A program made the position numbers and the translations under genes. Below, piece after piece: positions 39,622-48,873 of a stretch of DNA of 64,000 bases. The stretch comes from an uncultured Candidatus Saccharibacteria bacterium. GTDB taxonomy: Bacteria; Patescibacteriota; Minisyncoccia; Phycocordibacterales; UBA1006. A model generated the notes under the pieces. That model saw only the letters and a program-made list of their open reading frames with translations. It made no database searches and was not told the DNA's origin. The number at the start of each line of letters is the position of its first letter. Position 1 is the stretch's first letter. The DNA lies in contig CAZDPR010000001.1 in assembly GCA_964507625.1 (NCBI GenBank), positions 5,012 to 69,011 on the forward strand. The letters are read 5' to 3'.

Positions 39622-39993
39622 TTAATTCATGTGTGCCTTACAGGTTCGAGCTGATGGATTAGCCTGGAGTCGATCGATTTCAATCGGTTGTCCAGATTTT
39701 TCACAAACCCCATAATTACCACCCTCTATTTTTTTGAGTGCATCACGAACATCATGTAACTTTTTTTCCAATTCACCTAACCGTGCTGATCGTGATTCAA
39801 ATTCTTCAACATAATCAGCTTGATCTGAATAATCTGCATCAGCTTCACCGTCGTTTTCCATAGGAACGGCATACCAATCCCCCGTTTGGGGATTTTCTCT
39901 CCCAATATCAGTTAATTCTTCGATCAAGTTTTTTTGCTCACCAAGAAGTTGTTCTTTAAGTGATGCGAGCAATGTTTTTTCTATGTGTTTCAT
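39622..39993 (-). CDS. DksA/TraR family protein
   Basis: DYSDQA coiled-coil tip; ALKKIEGGNYGVCEKSGQPIEIDRLQANPSARTC. Confidence 0.88.
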   Translation of the reverse strand: MKHIEKTLLASLKEQLLGEQKNLIEELTDIGRENPQTGDWYAVPMENDGEADADYSDQADYVEEFESRSARLGELEKKLHDVRDALKKIEGGNYGVCEKSGQPIEIDRLQANPSARTCKAHMN

Positions 39994-40010
39994 AAAATTT
40001 TACAGTATTA

Positions 40011-41636
40011 TTACCGTTCAATAATCCTTCTAATAAGTGGTTGTAGTATATCAGGTTCAGGGGTAATGACAAGGATATTTCTGGTTATAAAACCATAATA
40101 GAGTTCTTGTCCATCTTTGGTTCCAAATCGAACAGGGACATTATTACGAACTATTTGAGTAAATACTGTTTCTTCAGGAATATTTGAAACAATATTGGAT
40201 TCTAATACGGGCTCCTCTATTGTCACCACCTGTTCATTATCCTCTACAATTTCTATTGGTATATTTTCAATAATTTCAACTGGATTCAAAACGATAACAT
40301 CTTCTTCTCTAGGAATATTTTCAGTTGATTCTGATAGTAATTGCTCTGGAGTAGTTTCAGTAATATTTTCCATTGATTCGTAATAGAAGCTAAATAGGTC
40401 TTTTGTATCAGGTAAAATTGTTTTCTCCCAGTTTTTCATAAAGAGAGTTACTGTTTCAGGATCGTTTATTATGAGTGCAAGAAACGGAGCAGGTGTCGTA
40501 TTTTCAGATAGTGTAAAAGTTCCATATATCCAATTATCAGTTTTTCCAGAAAGTCCAGAAGGAATGGTAACTGAAAATAATTTCATAGCATCATTTAAAA
40601 GTAAAAACTCGTTATTGCGAACAGGTAAAATCGCATGAAATACTTTTTGTTCAAAAAACTTCTGTTGCAATTCTTTTAACTCTGTAACAATGTCACTATT
40701 TTCACGAACACGAATAATTGATTCATGTTCGACTTTCATAAACGTATTATAGATTGGTCGATTAATAAAATTAGGGGCAACTCGATCAATCATTGGGCGA
40801 AGTCCATACACCAATAATCCTAGGCCAAAAATTATAAATAAAATAGTTCCGATGATAAATCCAATATTTTTTGGATTTTTTATGCTTGCTTGTTTTTTCA
40901 AATCTTCGTTTACCTTTGCTTCTGCGAGGAGTTCCGAAATTACCCTTCCTTGGTATCCTGCAATACTTTTCGCAAGCGCAGTGTCATAGGTAGTTGTTGC
41001 GGAAAGTGATGTTGCAACAATATGTTCTCGATCTACTTGTTTTTGTTGTTCTATTTGAATTTTTTCTTGTTCTATAATTTCTTGAGTAATTTGATTAAAT
41101 TCTTTTTGTAGGATTTGAAATAATGCTGGTTCAGATTCATTTACAAAATGGTCGGTACCGTTTAGTGGAAAATTGAGTCCTGGAATTTTTTCTGCAAAGA
41201 AAATTGAAAATGATGGATCTATAAAAGGGTCGGCAGTATTCCAGATATGAATAACTTTTTTTGTATGTGCAATGACTTGTTCTGTTAACACTGGGGTTTC
41301 CAAAAAAGTTTTTGCAATAGGTACATATCCCTTATGGTCAGGTGTTTGTGCGGTACCTGCAACACTCACATAAAGTTTAATTGAAACTGAAAGTGTTTCT
41401 AAAAATTTTAATAGAAGGAGTGAGCTGATACCATGGGTGATAACGATAGTTTCTGGAGTGAATTGTTCTCGATATTTTTCAAGTGCAGGAATCCAAAATT
41501 CTGCACCTTGTAAATTACCTTCTGGAAGTTCGGGGGTAATGAGTGTATATCCTTTTGGAAGAATTGTTTCCACTGATTGATACCAGATATCTGTTGGTTT
41601 TAAAAACGCATCATGCAATACAATAACCTGTTTCAT
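40011..41636 (-). CDS. YdeN/RBBP9-like alpha/beta hydrolase domain fused to a single-TM membrane protein
   Basis: VIVLH...WY...PELP N-terminus, DPF and TDHF; central TM; C-terminal MKNWEKTILPD. Confidence 0.7.
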   Translation of the reverse strand: MKQVIVLHDAFLKPTDIWYQSVETILPKGYTLITPELPEGNLQGAEFWIPALEKYREQFTPETIVITHGISSLLLLKFLETLSVSIKLYVSVAGTAQTPDHKGYVPIAKTFLETPVLTEQVIAHTKKVIHIWNTADPFIDPSFSIFFAEKIPGLNFPLNGTDHFVNESEPALFQILQKEFNQITQEIIEQEKIQIEQQKQVDREHIVATSLSATTTYDTALAKSIAGYQGRVISELLAEAKVNEDLKKQASIKNPKNIGFIIGTILFIIFGLGLLVYGLRPMIDRVAPNFINRPIYNTFMKVEHESIIRVRENSDIVTELKELQQKFFEQKVFHAILPVRNNEFLLLNDAMKLFSVTIPSGLSGKTDNWIYGTFTLSENTTPAPFLALIINDPETVTLFMKNWEKTILPDTKDLFSFYYESMENITETTPEQLLSESTENIPREEDVIVLNPVEIIENIPIEIVEDNEQVVTIEEPVLESNIVSNIPEETVFTQIVRNNVPVRFGTKDGQELYYGFITRNILVITPEPDILQPLIRRIIER

Positions 41637-41709
41637 AGTGATAGTATACCAGACAAAAAAATTTTTGTATTCAAAAAACAACACCATGATCATGGTGTTG
41701 TTTTTTGAA

Positions 41710-41973
41710 TTATTTTAATCCAACTTTTTTCAAGATTGACTCATATGCTTCAGGATTTTTTTTCTTGAGATAAGTAAGAAGTTTTCTTCGTTCAGAAACC
41801 ATCATTACTAACCCTCGGCGTGAATGAACATCTTTTTTGTGCAGCTGCAAATGAGCGGTCAAGTGATTAATTTGCTCACTGAGTAACGCAACTTGTACTT
41901 CAGGTGATCCAGTATTTTTATCAGAACCTCCAAAGTTTTTCACAATTTTTGCTTTTGATTCTTTCGTTAGCAT
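41710..41973 (-). CDS. rpsO: 30S ribosomal protein S15
   Basis: NTGSPEVQVALL, HKKDVHSRRGL, RRKLLTYL; start re-called at MLTKESK. Confidence 0.97.
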   Translation of the reverse strand: MLTKESKAKIVKNFGGSDKNTGSPEVQVALLSEQINHLTAHLQLHKKDVHSRRGLVMMVSERRKLLTYLKKKNPEAYESILKKVGLK

Positions 41974-42126
41974 AACTACAGTATAGCATATATTATATTT
42001 TTTTGCAAGTATCCCAAGTTGCAAATATGATTCTCTTGTTTTATATAAATTTGAATATGAAGAGTCTGATTTTTGGTAATTGCGTAACCAGAAAATGTCG
42101 TAAAATATGCTATACTCATTCATAGT

Positions 42127-43083
42127 ATGAACGTAATAGAAGCGCTCCAACAATTTTTAGAATATGTAGAAATTGAACGAGGTCGGTCACTCAATACCGT
42201 CCGTAATTATGATCACTATCTGCACACCTTTTTTAATCACGGAAAAATTGTGAAACTGTCTGATATTACCGAATCAAAAATTCGTGAGTTTCGACTCCAC
42301 TTGAATCGGAGTCAGGGAATAAAAATAAAAGGTCAGTCACAAGGAACTATGAAAAAAGTTACTCAGAATTATTACATGATTGCGATTCGTTCCTTTCTCA
42401 AGTTTCTCAAGAAACGAAACCTTAACTCCCTTTCTCCTGATGCTATTGAACTTGCAAAAGTTGGAGCTCGCGACATTGATCATTTATCAAGTGATGAACT
42501 CAAACGATTGTTACACGCGCCAAAAATTGCATACGAACAACTGATTAACGGAAAAAAAGAAAGCGATAAACAAGGGTATGAAAGAGAACGATTACTACGA
42601 GACGCTGCAATTTTGGAATTGTTTTTTTCTACTGGATTGCGTTTATCAGAACTGTGCTCACTCAATCGTGATTTAGATTTACAAAAAGATGAATTCAGTA
42701 TCAGAGGTAAGGGCGATAAAGTTCGTGTGGTATTTTTATCAGATACTGCAAAACAATCAATTCGTGAATATTTAAAAATACGTAAAGATTTTGCAGAACC
42801 TTTGTTTACTAATATGTCGTTTCATAAGACTAATGATGCACGACTAACCCCACGATCAATTCAGCGTATTGTGAAACAGTATGCAACGATTGCAGGTATT
42901 TCAAAAAAAGTTACCCCACACATGTTGCGACACAGTTTTGCAACTGATCTACTATCTAATGGTGCTGATATTCGATCGGTACAAATGATGTTAGGTCATG
43001 CAAATATTGCAACGACACAAGTCTATACGCATGTGACGGATAAACAATTACGAGACATTCATAAAAAGTTTCATGGGAAATAA
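42127..43083 (+). CDS. Tyrosine recombinase, XerC/XerD family
   Basis: RDAAILELFFSTGLRLSEL, GKGDKVR, TPHMLRHSFAT, LGHANIATTQVY. Confidence 0.93.
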   Translation: MNVIEALQQFLEYVEIERGRSLNTVRNYDHYLHTFFNHGKIVKLSDITESKIREFRLHLNRSQGIKIKGQSQGTMKKVTQNYYMIAIRSFLKFLKKRNLNSLSPDAIELAKVGARDIDHLSSDELKRLLHAPKIAYEQLINGKKESDKQGYERERLLRDAAILELFFSTGLRLSELCSLNRDLDLQKDEFSIRGKGDKVRVVFLSDTAKQSIREYLKIRKDFAEPLFTNMSFHKTNDARLTPRSIQRIVKQYATIAGISKKVTPHMLRHSFATDLLSNGADIRSVQMMLGHANIATTQVYTHVTDKQLRDIHKKFHGK

Positions 43084-43150
43084 AAAGTTTCATAATTATG
43101 AAACTTTTTTTCGTGACAAAAAATTTTACCAACGTATAATAGAAATAATT

Positions 43151-43813
43151 ATGGACACACAAAAGCAATACAACTATTTTGATCTTTCCTATCGCACCGG
43201 ATCTGATGTATGGACGCATACACCATATCATAAAACTGCATTGCGCATACTTCCCCCGCTCCCTGCAGGAACCATTGTGCTCGACATTGGATCAGGTCGT
43301 GGTATATGGGCTGTGAAACTCATCGAACAAGGATACCGTGTAATCGGCGTTGATTATGTAAAATCAATCGTAGAAAAATTAAATCAAGACATCAAAGAAT
43401 ATGCGAACGCAGAAAAAATTCGTTTCATTCAGGCTGAAGCAACCGATCTCCCTTTTACAGACAATAGTATTGAGCTTGCAACCGAAATTGGTCTTATGCA
43501 ACATTTTGATCACGACCATCAATTAAAGTATGTAACAGAATTACAGAGAATTATAAAATCAGGTGGATATGTATTATCGGTTAATCTTTCAGATCAAACA
43601 CCGCGATATTTAGATTTCACTCCAAAAACAAAAAATAATTCCCCATATGAAAAATTTGGGGTGAGTTATACCTTTTTTTCAAAAGAAGAAGTTGCAGAAA
43701 TGTTTGGCCAATACGGCTTTACAACAATACATCAAGAAATTGAATTTTTTGATTCTCGTACTGATCCAGGTGAATCGCTCGGGTTACTGTTTACGCTCGC
43801 ACAAAAAAAATAG
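43151..43813 (+). CDS. Class I SAM-dependent methyltransferase
   Basis: VLDIGSGRG, GVD, LPFTDNS, RIIKSGG. Confidence 0.85.
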   Translation: MDTQKQYNYFDLSYRTGSDVWTHTPYHKTALRILPPLPAGTIVLDIGSGRGIWAVKLIEQGYRVIGVDYVKSIVEKLNQDIKEYANAEKIRFIQAEATDLPFTDNSIELATEIGLMQHFDHDHQLKYVTELQRIIKSGGYVLSVNLSDQTPRYLDFTPKTKNNSPYEKFGVSYTFFSKEEVAEMFGQYGFTTIHQEIEFFDSRTDPGESLGLLFTLAQKK

Positions 43814-43833
43814 CACCCGAAGGTGCTTTTTTG

Positions 43834-44197
43834 TTATAACAATTTTTCAGCTATAAGGAATAATCCAATATAGCCGACTAGTTGCATAAAACGAATCTTT
43901 TCATGTTGTTCGTATGTTTCAGATAATGAGTTACGAACAGTGTAGAAAAAATCGTCAGCGTAATTTTGGACAGTTCTCGAATGTTTTGGTTGCACTTCTT
44001 CACCGTCCTTGAGTTCGTAGATGAATTCTCTTTTTTCTTGAATTGCTACACGTACACACTCTAACTCTGATAAGAGATTGCTCAAAGACCGCATTGCATC
44101 TTTTTTAATTGATTTTATTTCTCCTACAGAAAGTTTTCTGGGGGGGGGTTAATTTTTCAGAGTTGTATGTTTCAATGGTTGTTTCAATTTTAGTCAT
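43834..44197 (-). pseudogene. Hypothetical gene split by a +1 frameshift in a G9 tract (phase-variable or assembly error)
   Basis: ATG 44197 MTKIETTIETYNSEKLTPP joins in frame to RKLSVGEIKSIKKDAMRSL... only if the run at 44140-44148 is G8. Confidence 0.55.
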
Positions 44198-44302
44198 CAC
44201 AACACTATCAGGGAGACACATATTTTTTTATTTGGTTCAAATATACTATACCATATATACAAAAATAATCAAACTCAACAATGTTGTGCTATACTCATGT
44301 AT

Positions 44303-45100
44303 ATGAAACTCGTCACATGGAATGTAAATGGAATTCGGTCGGTGCATAAAAAAGGAGTATTCGAACCGATGATTGCAATGCTTGAACCTGATGTTATCTG
44401 TCTCCAAGAAACCAAGGCACACCAACATCAGTCCCCGCTTGATCTGGCTGATTATCACGAATATTGGAATTCAGCAGAAAAAAAGGGTTACAGTGGTACG
44501 GCGATTTTTACCAAAGAAAAACCAATTACGGTGATTAATAATTTCCCAGAACATATTGTTAAAAAATATAAATTGGAAAATGACGGGTATGGGGATCCAA
44601 ATAACGAAGGTCGTGTGATTGCAGTAGAGCTTAAAAAAGTTTTTGTCGTGTGTGTGTACACGCCGAATGCAAAACCGGATTTATCACGATTGGCACTCCG
44701 TGCAAAACAATGGGATCCAGCGTTTTTGGAATTTTGTAAAGAATTAGAAACTAAAAAACCGGTATTATTTTGTGGAGATTTAAATGTTGCACATACTTTT
44801 GATGATCTCGCAAACCCCAAAGCCAACATCGGTGAACATGGATTTACTAATGAGGAACGATCAGGAATCGATAACATTATTCAATCAGGATTTATTGATA
44901 CATTCAGAATGTTTTATACGGGGAATGGTCACTACACCTGGTGGAGTAATTTTGGAAATGCACGAACAAGGAATGTTGGCTGGAGAATTGACTATTGGTT
45001 TGTTTCAAAAAAACTACAATCAAAAGTCATTGATACAAAAATATATCCCGAAATCACCGGGTCTGACCACTGCCCTGTCTTGCTTGAAATTAATATATAA
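44303..45100 (+). CDS. xth: Exodeoxyribonuclease III
   Basis: WNVNGIR, CLQETK, GYSGTA, CGDLNVAH, YTWWS, GWRIDY, SDHCP. Confidence 0.96.
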   Translation: MKLVTWNVNGIRSVHKKGVFEPMIAMLEPDVICLQETKAHQHQSPLDLADYHEYWNSAEKKGYSGTAIFTKEKPITVINNFPEHIVKKYKLENDGYGDPNNEGRVIAVELKKVFVVCVYTPNAKPDLSRLALRAKQWDPAFLEFCKELETKKPVLFCGDLNVAHTFDDLANPKANIGEHGFTNEERSGIDNIIQSGFIDTFRMFYTGNGHYTWWSNFGNARTRNVGWRIDYWFVSKKLQSKVIDTKIYPEITGSDHCPVLLEINI

Positions 45101-45128
45101 GTATACTGTTTTTTGAAAAGCAGAAAAT

Positions 45129-45335
45129 ATGAATATAACACAAGAAGGTGTACAGCTCGAATTGTTTGAACGTACCCCAAAAGAGCAAGCAGAGATAATT
45201 TTCCATAACTGTGGAACTGTTATCGAATTGCAAAATGCAACATCAGATAGAAAATACTCAAAAGAAGTTCAAGCTGAACTTCTCAGGTTACTACAAACTG
45301 ATCCTCGGGTGAAAAATCTACCAGAGGGCTTGTAA
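45129..45335 (+). CDS. Hypothetical protein (68 aa)
   Basis: ORF with upstream TATACT and downstream terminator ACCGGGTCACCTGACTCGGTTTTTT. Confidence 0.55.
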   Translation: MNITQEGVQLELFERTPKEQAEIIFHNCGTVIELQNATSDRKYSKEVQAELLRLLQTDPRVKNLPEGL

Positions 45336-45424
45336 AGAACACCGGGTCACCTGACTCGGTTTTTTGTAATATATTTTTTCTTTGTAAAGATTATGTCTTT
45401 TATGGTTTGTGTATATAATTAATT

Positions 45425-47038
45425 ATGCACACTCAAAACAATACTCAAAAATATATTTTTATTACTGGCGGGGTCGTATCAGGATTGGGAAAAGGAATTA
45501 TGGGGGCCAGTATTGGACTCATTTTAAAATCCAGCGGGATAACAGTGGAAGCATTAAAAATGGATCCTTATTTAAATGTTGATCCAGGAACGATGTCACC
45601 CTACGAACATGGCGAGGTATATGTACTGGCCGATGGTGCGGAAACCGACCTTGATCTTGGGCACTATGAACGATTCCTGAACACGAACCTCACCGGACGG
45701 AGCTCTGTTTCTGCAGGTAAAATTTACCAATCAGTACTCGATAAAGAACGTAAGGGTGAATATCTAGGTCATACCGTACAACTCATTCCCCATATTACTG
45801 ATAAAATCAAACAAATTTATACAACTTCAGACAGCGAAATAAAGATTATTGAAATTGGTGGTTCGACTGGTGATATGGAAGCAGAAGTTTTTCTGGAAGG
45901 TATCCGACAGTTTAAACGAGATCGTCCTGACCAGGTGCTCCATGTTCATCTGGGTTATATTCCCTATCTGGCGGTTTCTGGAGAATATAAAACAAAACCA
46001 ATTCAAAATTCTATCAAAGAGTTGCTTCGCATCGGATTACAACCAGATATTATTGCTGCACGATTTGAACCAAAAGACGATGAAACACTTGCTGATGGAA
46101 TTCTGGAAAAAATTGCTCTGTTTTGTAACTTGTCCAAAGATCGTGTTATTCCCTGCCCTGACCTGAACAATATTTATCAAGTCCCACTCCACCTGCTCCA
46201 GAATACAGCAATTACCAATATTTTAGGAGAATTCTACGAACAATCAATTAATCCGAAACTCCCTCAGTTTTTTACCGACTATCAATCAGAAAAAACAAAA
46301 AAAGTTTCTATTGCGCTCGTTGCAAAATATACCAAACTTTCTGATTCATATCTCAGCGTTATTGAATCAATTAAAATTGCTGCTACTGCACAAGGGGTCA
46401 TGGCACACATTGATATACTTGATGCTGATGATCCACAATTACTTGATACGCTTGCTACCTATGACGGGATTATTGTACCCGGTGGATTCGGTTCGCGTGG
46501 AATGGAAGGGAAAATAAAAGCAATTCAATATGCTCGAGAAAACAAAAAACCATTCCTTGGGATTTGTTTAGGGTTACAATTAGCAACAATTGAATTTGCA
46601 CGACACGTTGCAGGAATCACTAACGCTGTGAGTCGTGAAATGGACCACACTAATGACACCGATGCGTTTATTATTGATTACATTCCAGAACAATTAAAAA
46701 TAGAACATAAAGGCGGTACGATGCGGTTAGGTAATTATGTATGCACGCTCGAACCAAACACCAAAATTGGATCGTTGTTCGGATCATTTGAAACTATCGA
46801 ACGACATCGTCACCGACTAGAGGTGCAAAACCAATATGTTCCAGATTTAGAAAAACATGGATTCAAAGTTTCTGGAAAGTTCAAAAAATCTGGTTCCGAT
46901 GATTATTTGGTAGAAATGATTGAGTTATCAGAAAACCTTCATCCATATTTTGTAGCTACGCAATCACACCCCGAATTTCTATCACGCCCCGACCTCCCTC
47001 ATCCGTTGTTTGCAGGACTCGTTAAAGCATGTTTGTAA
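45425..47038 (+). CDS. pyrG: CTP synthase
   Basis: TGGVVSGLGKG, DPYLNVDPGTMSP, VPGGFG, GICLG, ERHRHR, SHPEF. Confidence 0.98.
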   Translation: MHTQNNTQKYIFITGGVVSGLGKGIMGASIGLILKSSGITVEALKMDPYLNVDPGTMSPYEHGEVYVLADGAETDLDLGHYERFLNTNLTGRSSVSAGKIYQSVLDKERKGEYLGHTVQLIPHITDKIKQIYTTSDSEIKIIEIGGSTGDMEAEVFLEGIRQFKRDRPDQVLHVHLGYIPYLAVSGEYKTKPIQNSIKELLRIGLQPDIIAARFEPKDDETLADGILEKIALFCNLSKDRVIPCPDLNNIYQVPLHLLQNTAITNILGEFYEQSINPKLPQFFTDYQSEKTKKVSIALVAKYTKLSDSYLSVIESIKIAATAQGVMAHIDILDADDPQLLDTLATYDGIIVPGGFGSRGMEGKIKAIQYARENKKPFLGICLGLQLATIEFARHVAGITNAVSREMDHTNDTDAFIIDYIPEQLKIEHKGGTMRLGNYVCTLEPNTKIGSLFGSFETIERHRHRLEVQNQYVPDLEKHGFKVSGKFKKSGSDDYLVEMIELSENLHPYFVATQSHPEFLSRPDLPHPLFAGLVKACL

Positions 47039-47069
47039 CAAAAAACTACCTAACAGGTAGTTTTTTGTT

Positions 47070-47876
47070 TTATATATTTTTATTAAAAAGTTCCTGAACA
47101 CGTCTTTTATATGTTATATCTGCATTAAAATAATCATCTGAAAAGTTGGGATTTGTAATATAAATATCTGTTTCAAATACTCCTTTTTCAAATTCCATAA
47201 AAGTAAACATTTTATCAGCAAGTTCTTTAGGTGTAATCCAAAATTCAGGATTTACTTTTGTTGAAAAAATAAAGGGTCGTTCGATCATTTCATCAACCGT
47301 AAAGATTGTGCTTGTGTTAAATAGATATATACTAACATTTTGAAAAGTTCCCTGGATTTTCTTTGAAAAGTTTTTTACCACATCTCGTGATTTTTTAAAT
47401 GATTGAAAAACTGGAATATTGTGCATATCAGCAAGTGAACCAAAAGAGACAACTCTTAGTTCTTTGTTTAAACTATTTGTTTTTTCAGCTAGAATCTCAA
47501 CCATTTCTATATAAGATTTTGCAACAAGATTATAAACCTCGTCATCAATTCCGTCATTGTCAAAATCATTTGCAACATTAATTTCTAGATTACTATTAAT
47601 TTCAGTTTTAAATTCACCAACAAGATGAAAATACTCAACAGAATTTACATTCGTAAAAGATATTTTTTTTAGAAAGTCTTTAATGCTATTTGAGTCAGCA
47701 AGGTCAACTTTAACAATTAAGTGGTGCTCAGGCAGTTTTTCAATACTTGAAATATCTACTCCTCTACGAGAAATACCATAAACTATAGTATTTTTTTGAC
47801 TAATATATTTTCGAGCAACTTCTTGCCCAATTGATCCGGTAATTCCAGACACGATAATAATTTTTTTATTTTCCAT
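47070..47876 (-). CDS. Divergent short-chain dehydrogenase/reductase (Rossmann fold)
   Basis: IIVSGITGSIG, GISRR, VDL, FGS...FKKS (YxxxK-like). Confidence 0.7.
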   Translation of the reverse strand: MENKKIIIVSGITGSIGQEVARKYISQKNTIVYGISRRGVDISSIEKLPEHHLIVKVDLADSNSIKDFLKKISFTNVNSVEYFHLVGEFKTEINSNLEINVANDFDNDGIDDEVYNLVAKSYIEMVEILAEKTNSLNKELRVVSFGSLADMHNIPVFQSFKKSRDVVKNFSKKIQGTFQNVSIYLFNTSTIFTVDEMIERPFIFSTKVNPEFWITPKELADKMFTFMEFEKGVFETDIYITNPNFSDDYFNADITYKRRVQELFNKNI

Positions 47877-47986
47877 ATTGAAATAATAGCATTTATTTAA
47901 TAAAAAGTCAATTTATAATAATAAAATATGTATTTAGTAAAAAAATACTTTACTTTTTATTAAAAAACAGATATGATACAAGGTAT

Positions 47987-48802
47987 ATGAACCTCACAAA
48001 ACCAGAAACTACCGAGGAACGAATCATTTCCCTCCTCCTTAAAAATTCGCTTTCTGGGGTTGAGTTATTAGAAATACTTGATGTTTCTGGTAAAAAAATT
48101 ACAAAACAAGCGTTATATAGTGTTTTAAGAAAATTAATCCAAGATGAAATAGTCGTAAAACATGCAAAAATGTTTTCAATTTCTCGATTATGGCTCAAAA
48201 ATATGGCGAATATGTTTACCTCGGCTCAGGATCGTTACGGGATTGAACTTGAAAAAAACGACTTTCTTTCATTGCATGAAGGTGACAAGATTTCATATAC
48301 CTTTAAAAATCCATACGAAGCAGACCAGTTTTGGGGTCATGCATTTGATATTCTAATTGATAAAACACCATTAGAAATTCCTATTGTATTATACAATCCC
48401 CATCAGTGGTTTTTACTAGTTCGTAAGGACAGTGAATATCAGTTATTAGAACGAATTAGTAAAGAGGGAAAAAAGTTACATAACCATGTTGGGAGTTCGA
48501 ATGCGTTAGATAGATATGTAGAAAAGTATTTTAATTTACCGGGATTGCAATATGTAATGAATGAACAAGGGTATTTTGAAGCAAGGAATTATTATATCAA
48601 TATATTTAATAACTATATTATTGAAGTATATATTGATGAAAAAGTTGCCGAAGAAATTGATCGTTTTTATGAGCAATATACAGATTTTGATAAAATCGCT
48701 GAAAAGAAATTACAATCTATTGTATCCCAGGGTAAAACAAAACTTATTATTTCTCTGAATACCAAAAAAGCAGATAGATTAAGAGGGTTGATTGAAGCTT
48801 AA
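47987..48802 (+). CDS. Winged-HTH putative transcriptional regulator (third family member)
   Basis: TKQALYSVLRKLIQDEIVVK, LYNPHQWF, NNYIIEV, KLIISLNTKKA; divergent from the SDR gene. Confidence 0.7.
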   Translation: MNLTKPETTEERIISLLLKNSLSGVELLEILDVSGKKITKQALYSVLRKLIQDEIVVKHAKMFSISRLWLKNMANMFTSAQDRYGIELEKNDFLSLHEGDKISYTFKNPYEADQFWGHAFDILIDKTPLEIPIVLYNPHQWFLLVRKDSEYQLLERISKEGKKLHNHVGSSNALDRYVEKYFNLPGLQYVMNEQGYFEARNYYINIFNNYIIEVYIDEKVAEEIDRFYEQYTDFDKIAEKKLQSIVSQGKTKLIISLNTKKADRLRGLIEA

Positions 48803-48873
48803 AAAACACCTGTTTCATATGAAACAGGTGTTTTTGTTATGGATTAGATAAAAAATGGTTACATGTGAAACGT

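Noticed and set aside
42127-43083. Tyrosine recombinase as a prophage or integron integrase
   Set aside because: Xer-like motifs, housekeeping context next to rpsO, no integron-specific insertion, and no att or cassette array seen
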